Virus record (IMG/VR): IMGVR_UViG_3300006100_000043
Source: a virus
Length of the DNA: 32,301 bases
Reading direction: 5' to 3' (one strand)
The notes below the pieces were generated by a model. That model worked only from the letters and a program-made list of their open reading frames with translations, did not search any database and was not told the DNA's origin. A program made the translations under genes and the position numbers. This document shows positions 24,473-32,301 of the stretch, piece by piece (position 1 is the stretch's first letter; the number at the start of each line of letters is the position of its first letter).

Positions 24473-26681
24473 TAAAAAGTTTAACTCAAAGTATTCCAAC
24501 AACGATAACGAAATCTTCGATTTTGACGTTGAATCTATCAATGGAATGGGTGCTAGCCCATTACAAAGTGGCATTAACATTTATGAAGCACCAGAAAGCC
24601 TAGTAGGAACTGAAGAGTACACGCCGGACAATCTGAGCTTTGAAGGAGAACAGCAGGCCGCACAGCGCGATGTCAACAGAAGATACCCGGGTATGAACAT
24701 ATTTGGACCTGGTGTTGAAACTATTTCTGCTTATCCGCTTACAGAAAGACGACTTCACTTTACGCCTGATCCAGAACACCCAGAGGGTGGTTGGGTTGAA
24801 CGCAGACGCCATTCACCAAGAGAAGTAGCTGAACACTTTAAAGCAATGGCAAGACAGATTAGAATGAATCGTTTGCACAGACCTGTTCAAGAATCAGGTA
24901 GAAAAGCGCTGGCCGATCACGCAACGCAGAACATTGTAAACCGTCGTGTTATCAAAGCGAACCTTATTCACATGGCGAAGACATTGAGAGAATCTGGTGT
25001 TAGCACCAGAAGTCAAACTGGCTTTGGTTGTGGCTATTGCTCTGGTGGAACAGACCCTAGATTCAAAACTCTTCCGGACCACCAGAAGCATCTGCAAGTT
25101 TATTGCCCAGTATGTCACAACAAAGGCCACACGGTAGATCACCCACAGATGGAATCGTTCCTTACTGACATCGAGAACTCGTCTGAGGTTGAGAACTATA
25201 ATAAAGACTTCCATGCAAGAGTGTGCGCGCCTGCACAATGTTCTCGTCAATGCAGACTGAAAGGTCTGATCGATCAATATGTTCGATTCCCTCACTGGGA
25301 ACGATCGACTGAACCACTTACAAGAGAGCAGACTCACGGTTCATACAGCAAGTCTAAAGATACTTGGATCGACAACCTTTTGAGAATGAGCGTTGTCAAG
25401 GACCAATTCAAACCACTTGATAAAACGATCGAAATGCTTGGCGGACCTGTCCGTGAAGATTTTGGTAAATACGCTTTTGGCCACTTCATGAACTATGATA
25501 CGGTAAACCCAGATGCCAATGTTCTTGAACGTCCTAACCCCGACGAAATCAATGACAATGAGAGAGTGTTCAGCCCCAGTGGTGGTGGACGAGACAAGCA
25601 GATGTTCTTTATCAGCCTTGGTAAAGATGAAAATGGCAACCACGACATTCTTTACAAAGCACGTCCTATGGCCAACATCCGCGAAGAACGCAGACAGCGC
25701 AGAGTTGGCAAGATGGGTAAGTTCATCCGTCTTCGTGGTGCTAGAGATTTGATGAACTCTGTTGAAGAGCGCGACATTGGTAAGAGAGCCGTACGTGATC
25801 AGGTCTCTAATGCTTTTGATCGCATTCTACCGTTTAGAGGTGAGCAGTCACCACTTGTAAGTGGCGCTTCTGCCAACGATGGCAAACAACAAGATTACTA
25901 TGGTGTTCTCCGCGGTGTATCGCCAGACTACCTTGCTATGACCGATGATCTCGGTGCGTCTGGTCTATGTTACTCTGGTTCAGTAAAGCAAAGAGAGAAT
26001 AAGAACAAAATCCGAGGCTGGTTTACAGCTGTCGGTAAGGGTATCCGTGGTAAGCGAGACGGATTCTCTCCAAAAGCCACAACATCCGTCGACGTTAGAA
26101 ACCGTATCAACCATGGTTTTAGTCGTGAAGAGCTACGTAGTGCTTACCAAACCAGCAATGGTGAAGTCCAGGGTGCTATTGAACGCTTGGCGAACGATGC
26201 TCTTGCAGACCTTGGCGTAAGAAGAGAGAGCTTCGGTAGCGAAGAATCTTACCAATCAGCACTCGAAGATCATGACATTATTCATGGTTTGCGTAAAGCA
26301 GGTGCTCCTATCGGTCAGCAGTCTTTGCCACAATCTAACCAATGGGTTAACTACATGCAGAGCCCTGGAGCAGAAAGATCTCTTGCTACGCCTAGCTCGG
26401 TATACAACAGCCAATTGGGACAAGAAGAGCCAAAGCTTGATATATCTGGACCAGATACCAAGGTACCGATGGCCGACATGCCACCAGAAGTCAATCAAAT
26501 GCTCGCCACTCAAGATGGCGTCAATGACTTCCTTGACATGATCAGAGCACAAGCTGGACCGAGTTCAGTTGATACACCAGAAAAGCAAAGAGCTGCTATT
26601 GAAGGAATCCGACAAAGGAACGGAATTCACGGTGGTTTCGAAGCACTCGGTATTCCATACGAAGACCCAAGCAATTACTAA
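24465..26681 (+). CDS. Large hypothetical protein (738 aa) with CxxC...CxxC zinc ribbon
   Basis: Preferred start ATG 24465 (MPDKKFNSKY...) in an ATGCCTGA overlap with the upstream stop; in-frame ATG 24426 is also possible. Motif FGCGYCSGG...CPVCHNKGH. Confidence 0.75.
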   Translation: MPDKKFNSKYSNNDNEIFDFDVESINGMGASPLQSGINIYEAPESLVGTEEYTPDNLSFEGEQQAAQRDVNRRYPGMNIFGPGVETISAYPLTERRLHFTPDPEHPEGGWVERRRHSPREVAEHFKAMARQIRMNRLHRPVQESGRKALADHATQNIVNRRVIKANLIHMAKTLRESGVSTRSQTGFGCGYCSGGTDPRFKTLPDHQKHLQVYCPVCHNKGHTVDHPQMESFLTDIENSSEVENYNKDFHARVCAPAQCSRQCRLKGLIDQYVRFPHWERSTEPLTREQTHGSYSKSKDTWIDNLLRMSVVKDQFKPLDKTIEMLGGPVREDFGKYAFGHFMNYDTVNPDANVLERPNPDEINDNERVFSPSGGGRDKQMFFISLGKDENGNHDILYKARPMANIREERRQRRVGKMGKFIRLRGARDLMNSVEERDIGKRAVRDQVSNAFDRILPFRGEQSPLVSGASANDGKQQDYYGVLRGVSPDYLAMTDDLGASGLCYSGSVKQRENKNKIRGWFTAVGKGIRGKRDGFSPKATTSVDVRNRINHGFSREELRSAYQTSNGEVQGAIERLANDALADLGVRRESFGSEESYQSALEDHDIIHGLRKAGAPIGQQSLPQSNQWVNYMQSPGAERSLATPSSVYNSQLGQEEPKLDISGPDTKVPMADMPPEVNQMLATQDGVNDFLDMIRAQAGPSSVDTPEKQRAAIEGIRQRNGIHGGFEALGIPYEDPSNY

Positions 26682-26690
26682 AGAGGAAAT

Positions 26691-27110
26691 ATGCCAATTT
26701 TTAAAATTTCGTCAGCACTGAAAAACGCCGATGTAAGCATGAGCGACAAGTCAGCGATCTGTGATGCTTGTGAATACCCAGCCACAGAAGATAACCCCAT
26801 CATTAGTCTAGGTATGACAAAAGATGGTAAGCGAGAAATGCACTCTCACATTCACTGTAAGCCTGCTCAAGATCGTATGAGAGAGCAAGAAGAGTTAATG
26901 TCAAGAGATAGTGCCGTACAACAAGAAGGTGATCATTTGTTCTCCTTCGCCAATAAATTCCGTTATTTTGCTACAGCTATGTCAGATAACAGCACTGTTC
27001 AGGAAACCTTCCCGGACCACCCACAAAGCAACCAAAAAGTAGAAGATATGACTACCAAGCAGGTAGATGCCAACTACGAAAATGGTGCACCAGTACCACC
27101 CAAGAATTGA
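26691..27110 (+). CDS. Hypothetical protein (139 aa)
   Basis: RBS AAGAGGAAAT-ATG; motif CDACEYP...HIHC. Confidence 0.7.
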   Translation: MPIFKISSALKNADVSMSDKSAICDACEYPATEDNPIISLGMTKDGKREMHSHIHCKPAQDRMREQEELMSRDSAVQQEGDHLFSFANKFRYFATAMSDNSTVQETFPDHPQSNQKVEDMTTKQVDANYENGAPVPPKN

Positions 27111-27121
27111 CAATGTAATTT

Positions 27122-27141
27122 GCTAGGGGAAACACCCTAGT
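27122..27141 (+). other. Stem-loop CTAGGG-gaaaca-CCCTAG between genes
   Basis: Perfect 6-bp inverted repeat 12 nt after stop 27110 and 26 nt before the next RBS; no T-run. Confidence 0.25.
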
Positions 27142-27166
27142 GTATGAACCATATACAGGAGAAATC

Positions 27167-27751
27167 ATGGTAGCACGCTTAAATATCAAGGTCGCTGATC
27201 TGTTTGACAAGACAGCTTTGGCAACAGGACCAGACAACAACTTCGTTCCAGGTGGCGTTCAGCTTCCCGGTGACTTCATGGACGTATCGAGCAATCACCT
27301 CCCCGCTAACATGCAGGCTTACAAGGAGCAGCAGCAGGGTCTTGGTGCTCAGATTCAGAAGTACGTTGATGAATCTCACATGCACGCAACTGACGAGAAC
27401 CCCGCTCAAGACCCCATGATGATGGCACAAAACCCATCGTTGGTCAACAGCCCTGACTTGTCAAACGTTCCTTCACCCTTTGGAGCACCTGAAAAGAAGG
27501 CTGCTTCAAAGCTCGCTGCTGAAGTGTACGGCTTCAACAACGCACAGGCCAACGCTGATTGCACACTCGGTGTAGTTGCCAGTGCCAAGACTGGCACGCT
27601 TGTCAGCGCACGTGTTGTAGCTGAGACACCTAGCACCAAGATCGCTGGTACCGTTGTTGCCGTTGGTGACCGCGAGTTCGCTGTTATCTGGGACGACCGC
27701 ACTGCTTCTGTAGAGCGCAAGGCTGACTACGAGCTGGTAGTTACTCAATAA
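27167..27751 (+). CDS. Hypothetical protein (194 aa), likely highly expressed (structural/scaffold-like?)
   Basis: ATG 27167 with AGGAG 6 nt upstream. The track start 27140 is GTG. Confidence 0.65.
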   Translation: MVARLNIKVADLFDKTALATGPDNNFVPGGVQLPGDFMDVSSNHLPANMQAYKEQQQGLGAQIQKYVDESHMHATDENPAQDPMMMAQNPSLVNSPDLSNVPSPFGAPEKKAASKLAAEVYGFNNAQANADCTLGVVASAKTGTLVSARVVAETPSTKIAGTVVAVGDREFAVIWDDRTASVERKADYELVVTQ

Positions 27752-27754
27752 CCC

Positions 27755-28411
27755 ATGTTTAGAACAAGAAAAACTAAGATCACTTCTACTCCTGTAGAAG
27801 AGGTCCTTGAGGTTGAAGAACCCATTTACGAACCTGATTGGTACGAACCACAGGATGAATGGGAAGGTGTTTGGGAAGAACCAGAGCCCGAGCTCCAACA
27901 ATTCACTAACATTGAGTTCTTGGCAGTTGATTACGTTGAGAACGAAATGCAATGGGGAACGCTAACCAATTATGATGGCCAGCAGTTCAAATACCAATGG
28001 GATACCAAATCGAAGAGGATCGTCCGACTGGTTGGCTACAGAATTGACAAGTTGACATGGGATCTATGCAATGAAGTTCTGCTTAAGTACTATGTTAAGC
28101 CAGAGCCCCCTAAAGTTGAAGAGCCAGTTGGCCCAAAGATTGAACAAGCAATAAACAAAGCATTAACACCAGTGGCGACAGCCTTCAAGACACTTGAGGG
28201 AAAAGTTGATAAAGCACTGGCTGCGAGACCAGCTCCTGCTCCTGTACAGGCTGCTCCAGCTCCTCGTCCGCAGACAGTCCAATCAGCACCAATGCCAACC
28301 AGTGATGTGCCAGCAATAAACGTAGCCGACAATGACATCAGTGCGAACGCTATGAGATTCCTACAGGAATCAAGCGTGCCGGATCTAGGCATAGATTACA
28401 TGAGCCTCTAG
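27755..28411 (+). CDS. Hypothetical protein (218 aa), acidic Trp-rich N-terminus, Pro/Ala-rich linker
   Basis: Motifs EPIYEPDWYEPQDEWEGVWEEPEPE; PAPAPVQAAPAPRPQ. Confidence 0.7.
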   Translation: MFRTRKTKITSTPVEEVLEVEEPIYEPDWYEPQDEWEGVWEEPEPELQQFTNIEFLAVDYVENEMQWGTLTNYDGQQFKYQWDTKSKRIVRLVGYRIDKLTWDLCNEVLLKYYVKPEPPKVEEPVGPKIEQAINKALTPVATAFKTLEGKVDKALAARPAPAPVQAAPAPRPQTVQSAPMPTSDVPAINVADNDISANAMRFLQESSVPDLGIDYMSL

Positions 28412-28419
28412 GAGAAATT

Positions 28420-29184
28420 ATGAACATCGCAGAAGGTAAAGGCCCAAAGCAGCAGAAGAAGACATGGCCATTGGGTCAATTTGTTACCAACTATGGTAAT
28501 GATGGTACACCAGGCGCATTGAATGTTCCTGCGGTGGCATACGGTCAGCAGATTACATCAAGCGGTGTTGGTTACATGACTGCCAATGGTAACATTGGTT
28601 ATGCACAGCCTGGCTCACTGAACCCTGGTCTCAACTTAAACGTTAATGGTAATGGTGCTGTTGATGTTGGTTTCACTTGCGCTCCTGATTCTCAGACAAC
28701 CTTGCAAGACATCCAATCAGTTACAGTGGTGCTTACTGCAGAATCTGGTTGGTCTGGCACTTCAACTGTTAAGCTACAAGGTACATTCGATCGTTACACG
28801 CCCAATGCTTATCTTAACAATGCATCTGCGCTGTCTGGTAGCTATGCTTCTACGAACTGGACCACTATTGCAACAGGTACAGTAACCTCAGCTGCAACAA
28901 ACGTTCTTATCTCTGTCCCAATTGCTAGCGGTTTCTTTTACAATGCTTACAGATTGACAGCTTCTGGCGGTACAGGCATTATCGACTGGACCGTCCCTGG
29001 TATGTTCCTTGACCTTAGCGCAACTGGTATTGGTCAGGAAGCTACTTGGGTTCAAGGCAGCATTGGCCAGCCTAACATTGCTGACGTTGATATCATCACC
29101 ATCTCGGGCGGTAGTACGACTGCTTACTCTGAAGGCAATGTTCCTTACGCAAGCATTGACAATAACCACGACTACTACGGCTAA
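28420..29184 (+). CDS. Gly/Ser/Thr/Asn-rich beta-type putative virion structural protein (254 aa)
   Basis: Strong RBS TAGGAGAAATT-ATG. Composition and alternating polar/hydrophobic pattern are typical of beta-sandwich capsid/fibre domains. Confidence 0.7.
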   Translation: MNIAEGKGPKQQKKTWPLGQFVTNYGNDGTPGALNVPAVAYGQQITSSGVGYMTANGNIGYAQPGSLNPGLNLNVNGNGAVDVGFTCAPDSQTTLQDIQSVTVVLTAESGWSGTSTVKLQGTFDRYTPNAYLNNASALSGSYASTNWTTIATGTVTSAATNVLISVPIASGFFYNAYRLTASGGTGIIDWTVPGMFLDLSATGIGQEATWVQGSIGQPNIADVDIITISGGSTTAYSEGNVPYASIDNNHDYYG

Positions 29185-29193
29185 GGAGTTGAC

Positions 29194-29385
29194 ATGGAAA
29201 GACAACAGAATATAAGATTGGCACGTACACGTCACGTTGGTGCTAACTTCGATTTTAATGGCAACCCTATCATTCAGAATGAATCTGGTGGTACCGTTCG
29301 TCTGAGTGGTCCCATTAGCACTTACCCATGTGGTCACCAATCAATTCCAGGTATTAGTGCCTGCAGTTGCGAAGAATACGCATAG
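29194..29385 (+). CDS. Small hypothetical protein (63 aa)
   Basis: Strong RBS TAAGGAGTTGAC-ATG. Confidence 0.6.
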   Translation: MERQQNIRLARTRHVGANFDFNGNPIIQNESGGTVRLSGPISTYPCGHQSIPGISACSCEEYA

Positions 29386-29396
29386 GATAAACTTTA

Positions 29397-31754
29397 ATGC
29401 CAAGAGAAGACTGGAGTGCATCTGCCGAGCTAGGCCGTATGAAAGCGGCTGGCATCACAGGTCCACGTAACCCAGTAACACGTCGTGTTGCAAACAGAGA
29501 ATTGCTTGATATGGCACGTACCCCTGGCGCTATGGGTGCCATGGGATCTAGTCCACTCTTAGGCCCCACTGAAGGACGTACAAGACTGAACTCTCTTAGT
29601 TCAGCCGATTTCCTCGGTGAGAATAGAATGTCGCGTACTGCTAACCGCAGAACTGCAGCAGCTACTGGATCAGACGCTCAGTGGGCTTTGCCTAAACTAC
29701 ACGACCCGTTTGAATACTGGCGTGAACGCACGTGGTGGTTCAACATGGAGGACCCAGACGAGCAGACCAGAAAGATCCGTGACTGGGCTCGCCTTCTTTA
29801 CACCACTCACTACCTAGTGCCTTCGCTCATTGATATTTATACTAGGTACCCTCTTTTGGACGTGGAGCTTATCCACCCAGACAAGAGAATCTCTGACTTC
29901 TATAACGATCTTTTCTTTGATGGTTTGAATTACAACGAGTTCTTGTTCGACCTTGGTCGTGAGCACTGGACTGTTGGTGAAGTATTCGCCATGGGATCAT
30001 GGCACGATGGTATCGGTGCATGGGAAGAAGACGAGATCATCAACCCCAATGATGTTATCGTAGCCAAGAACCGTGCTCTCAGAACGTATCAGTACCACAT
30101 CAAGGTGCCTCAGGAAATCAAGAAGCTGATCGAGCGTCGTGATCCTCCGCAGGAATATGCAATGCTTATGCAGCTCTACCCAGACGTTGTCGCCTGGGCT
30201 AGACAAGACAAGGAGATCCCAGTCTCCGATGTCATCATGAAGCAGATCAAGTTTAAGACTAACCCATGGAGCGAACATGGAACTCCTATTCTTCTTCGTG
30301 CTTTCCGTATGCTTATGCTCGAAGAGTCTCTCAACGCTGCTCAGGATGCTATTGCTGACCGTCTATATTCTCCCCTTATTCTGGCTACTCTGGGTCTGCC
30401 TGACGTAGACCAAGATGGTCCATGGATCCCTGACGCTCAGGAACTGCAGTCTTTACGTGATGACCTCGGTATGGCCATTAACTCAGACTTCCGTCTGATG
30501 ACATATCACCATGGTTTGCAGATTCAGAATGCATTCGGGCGAGAGTCCATGCCAAGACTTGATGCTGACTTCATGCGTGTTGAGTCTAAGGTTATGCAGG
30601 TATTTGGTATTGGAGCAGACTTGCTTCAGGGCGGTAATGGCGGAACTTACGCTGCTGGTGCCCTTAACCGCGAGCTTATTACTCAGATGCTTTCAACATA
30701 CCAGCACAAGATCGAAAGCTTTATCCGTTCCCGAATGGAACCAGTAGCAGAAAGACAGGGTCACTATGAAATGCGTTCGGTGGGTGGCCAAATGGTACCT
30801 GTCATGGAAACTGTTCTCATGGTTGATGAAGAAACTGGTGCTGAATATGTTGAAGAACGACCCAAGCTGGCCATTCCGGAAGTAAGATTCCGTTCAATGA
30901 ACCTGAGAGATGAAACCATTGAACGTGGTTTCCTCCAGCAGTTGATGGCATCTGGTTTCCCAATCTCACTCAGCACGCTGGCTGTCAATATCCCAATTGA
31001 CTTCGATGATGAAATCGAAGCTCGAAAGGATGAGAAGATCAAGACCGTTGTCGCTGAGCAGCAGTACAAGCGTGAATTGTTCAACCGTCTTACTGTCCTA
31101 CAGCTCCCTATCCCGCCAGAGTATGTCCAGGAATACCAGGCTTACATGGCAATGCTCGAGAACCCTGCACTTGGTGCTCAGTTGGCACCCGGTGCTATGC
31201 AGAGCCTTGTAGTGCCACCACCAGCACCGAACCTTACTGGTGAAGCTATCGGCAACAGTGATGCAGCCATGGGTGCTCAGGTTTACCCAAGCGTTAATCA
31301 GATGGCACAACAGATGCAGCAGACGCAGCGTGGTACCGAGCGTCAGCGTCCACAGGAGTCATACGAACAGCGCAAGAACGCACCCAAGCCTTCTAAGAAG
31401 GGTCCAAAGAATGGTCCTAAGAAGAAGACAGCATCTGTATCTGGTTGGGATGATGATTACGACGATACTCCATTCGAGACCATCACGTATGGTGACCGCA
31501 TGAAGTTTGCAGTGCCATGGGAGAGCAAGAAGCGTAAGCGCATGAAGCTTGCTCGTGGTATGAAGATTATTGCTGACGATAGCTACGAAAAGTTTAATGA
31601 AGAAGAGTTCAAGAAGCACTTGGCATCAATTATGGATGAGCCGATGATTCAAGAACCAACAGATCTCAATGAACACAGCAGTGGTGAAGGTGGCATGGAC
31701 CAACCTGCGCGTAAGCAAGTAGATCCAACAAAAGAAGAACCTTTCCCTTCCTAA
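29397..31754 (+). CDS. Large virion-associated protein (785 aa), possibly a portal (head-tail connector) protein
   Basis: 2.36-kb ORF. The Arg-rich N-terminal ~100 aa, the central region (LMLEESLNAAQDAIADRL...) and the Gln/Ala/Met-rich C-terminal stretch (MAQQMQQTQRG) followed by a Lys-rich tail recall podovirus portal proteins. No detected motif is diagnostic. Confidence 0.6.
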   Translation: MPREDWSASAELGRMKAAGITGPRNPVTRRVANRELLDMARTPGAMGAMGSSPLLGPTEGRTRLNSLSSADFLGENRMSRTANRRTAAATGSDAQWALPKLHDPFEYWRERTWWFNMEDPDEQTRKIRDWARLLYTTHYLVPSLIDIYTRYPLLDVELIHPDKRISDFYNDLFFDGLNYNEFLFDLGREHWTVGEVFAMGSWHDGIGAWEEDEIINPNDVIVAKNRALRTYQYHIKVPQEIKKLIERRDPPQEYAMLMQLYPDVVAWARQDKEIPVSDVIMKQIKFKTNPWSEHGTPILLRAFRMLMLEESLNAAQDAIADRLYSPLILATLGLPDVDQDGPWIPDAQELQSLRDDLGMAINSDFRLMTYHHGLQIQNAFGRESMPRLDADFMRVESKVMQVFGIGADLLQGGNGGTYAAGALNRELITQMLSTYQHKIESFIRSRMEPVAERQGHYEMRSVGGQMVPVMETVLMVDEETGAEYVEERPKLAIPEVRFRSMNLRDETIERGFLQQLMASGFPISLSTLAVNIPIDFDDEIEARKDEKIKTVVAEQQYKRELFNRLTVLQLPIPPEYVQEYQAYMAMLENPALGAQLAPGAMQSLVVPPPAPNLTGEAIGNSDAAMGAQVYPSVNQMAQQMQQTQRGTERQRPQESYEQRKNAPKPSKKGPKNGPKKKTASVSGWDDDYDDTPFETITYGDRMKFAVPWESKKRKRMKLARGMKIIADDSYEKFNEEEFKKHLASIMDEPMIQEPTDLNEHSSGEGGMDQPARKQVDPTKEEPFPS

Positions 31755-31818
31755 GATTTAAACAAGTGCTATAGACGCACTATTAAATAGGAAGTGCAAT
31801 CTTTAATAAGGATACATT

Positions 31819-32007
31819 ATGAGCACGCTATTTAATAATGAAACACCGCGCATTTTGCCAAAGGTAGCCTTGAACAAGCAGAGCTTCCTTAGTGTTGTAA
31901 GTCCACTTATCAAGCTGGATATTATCAAAGAAGGCGAGGGACGGATCTGCCGCAATGCTCACAAGTTGAACCTTGCGAACAGCATCTATGAAAAGATCGA
32001 GGATTAA
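31819..32007 (+). CDS. Small hypothetical protein (62 aa)
   Basis: RBS AATAAGGATACATT-ATG. Confidence 0.55.
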   Translation: MSTLFNNETPRILPKVALNKQSFLSVVSPLIKLDIIKEGEGRICRNAHKLNLANSIYEKIED

Positions 32008-32008
32008 A

Positions 32009-32301
32009 ATGATTCTCGCTTCTTTTTTCAACTCTTCAAACACCTGGTTCAGCTATATTTCAAATTTCTTTTTTGCTGCCGCTGGGTTTGGTACCGTAGC
32101 ACGCATTATTTACAAACTTATCACGAAGCATAGTGATAAGAAAATGGAAGAACTTGAGAGACAGATTGCAATGAGCAAATCTGATCAAGACGATAAGTTT
32201 GAGATTCTTTTCAACCAGTTCAAGACAAACGGTGGTTCAAGCCCCAAAGACCAGTGGAACCGCTTGGAAACAAAGGTTGACCACCTTATGGGTATTGAAG
32301 C
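32009..32301 (+). CDS. Membrane protein, N-terminal part (runs off the right edge)
   Basis: ATG 32009, 1 nt after the upstream TAA. Translation MILASFFNSSNTWFSYISNFFFAAAGFGTVARIIYKLITKH... has a single N-terminal TM helix followed by a charged coiled-coil-like segment. No stop before the window end. Confidence 0.5.
   Translation, partial: MILASFFNSSNTWFSYISNFFFAAAGFGTVARIIYKLITKHSDKKMEELERQIAMSKSDQDDKFEILFNQFKTNGGSSPKDQWNRLETKVDHLMGIE

Noticed and set aside
858-29340. Numerous 60-180-aa minus-strand ORFs in the track (e.g. 858..1124, 2843..3277, 6495..6971, 8673..9161, 9985..10521, 12725..13141, 21518..22078, 24894..25337, 28888..29340)
   Set aside because: All lie antisense within longer plus-strand genes that show coupling and RBS support. 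None has an SD or recognisable motif.
29397-31754. Calling this ORF a terminase or major capsid protein
   Set aside because: No Walker A/B or nuclease motifs for a terminase. The length and Arg/Lys-rich termini fit a portal better than a capsid protein, and even that is tentative.
31754-31818. sigma70-like promoter TTAAAC-N17-TATTAA and AGTGC...GCACT hairpin before gene 31819
   Set aside because: Both hexamers match only 4/6 and the hairpin has no T-tail. Too weak to call without transcript data.

Overview
Tightly packed, almost entirely plus-strand bacteriophage-like region. About 40 head-to-tail genes run rightward from ~720 to the end; many are translationally coupled through ATGA or TAATG stop/start overlaps. 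One strand switch occurs at the left edge: two small leftward genes and a ~330-bp divergent control region. I could not recognise a terminase, integrase, polymerase or Walker-A ATPase anywhere in the window. Recognisable content by position: an HNH endonuclease behind a textbook sigma70-type promoter in an AT-rich island (~3.96-4.6 kb); a papain/transglutaminase-like Cys-His peptidase (6.35 kb); a clear Dps/ferritin-like protein (10.47 kb) next to a calcineurin-like metallophosphoesterase (11.6 kb); a putative lysis cassette (YiiX/C92-type permuted papain amidase, small ORF, two-TM holin-like protein with Lys/Ala/Pro tail; 13.7-14.8 kb); four tRNAs (Asn-GTT, Asp-GTC, Gln-TTG, Ile-TAT; 14.83-15.13 kb). 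The right half is a block of large, probably virion-associated genes: a tandem-repeat Gly/Ala-rich protein with perfect 66-bp DNA repeats, a Pro/Thr-rich protein, very large Cys-knuckle-rich proteins of 1189, 913 and 738 aa (one with a DnaJ-type CxxCxGxG x4 domain), small beta-rich structural-looking proteins, and a 785-aa protein I tentatively read as a portal. Most products are hypothetical, and zinc-ribbon CxxC pairs are unusually frequent. The most unusual signals are the phage-borne Dps plus phosphoesterase, the repeat protein, the 17.4-26.7 kb giant-protein block with the DnaJ-like zinc finger, and a tRNA-like minihelix remnant at the strand switch. I propose the giant-protein block as the candidate undescribed system, purely from composition and motifs. 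Host and family cannot be assigned from sequence alone. All calls come from reading the sequence and ORF translations; no database searches were run.
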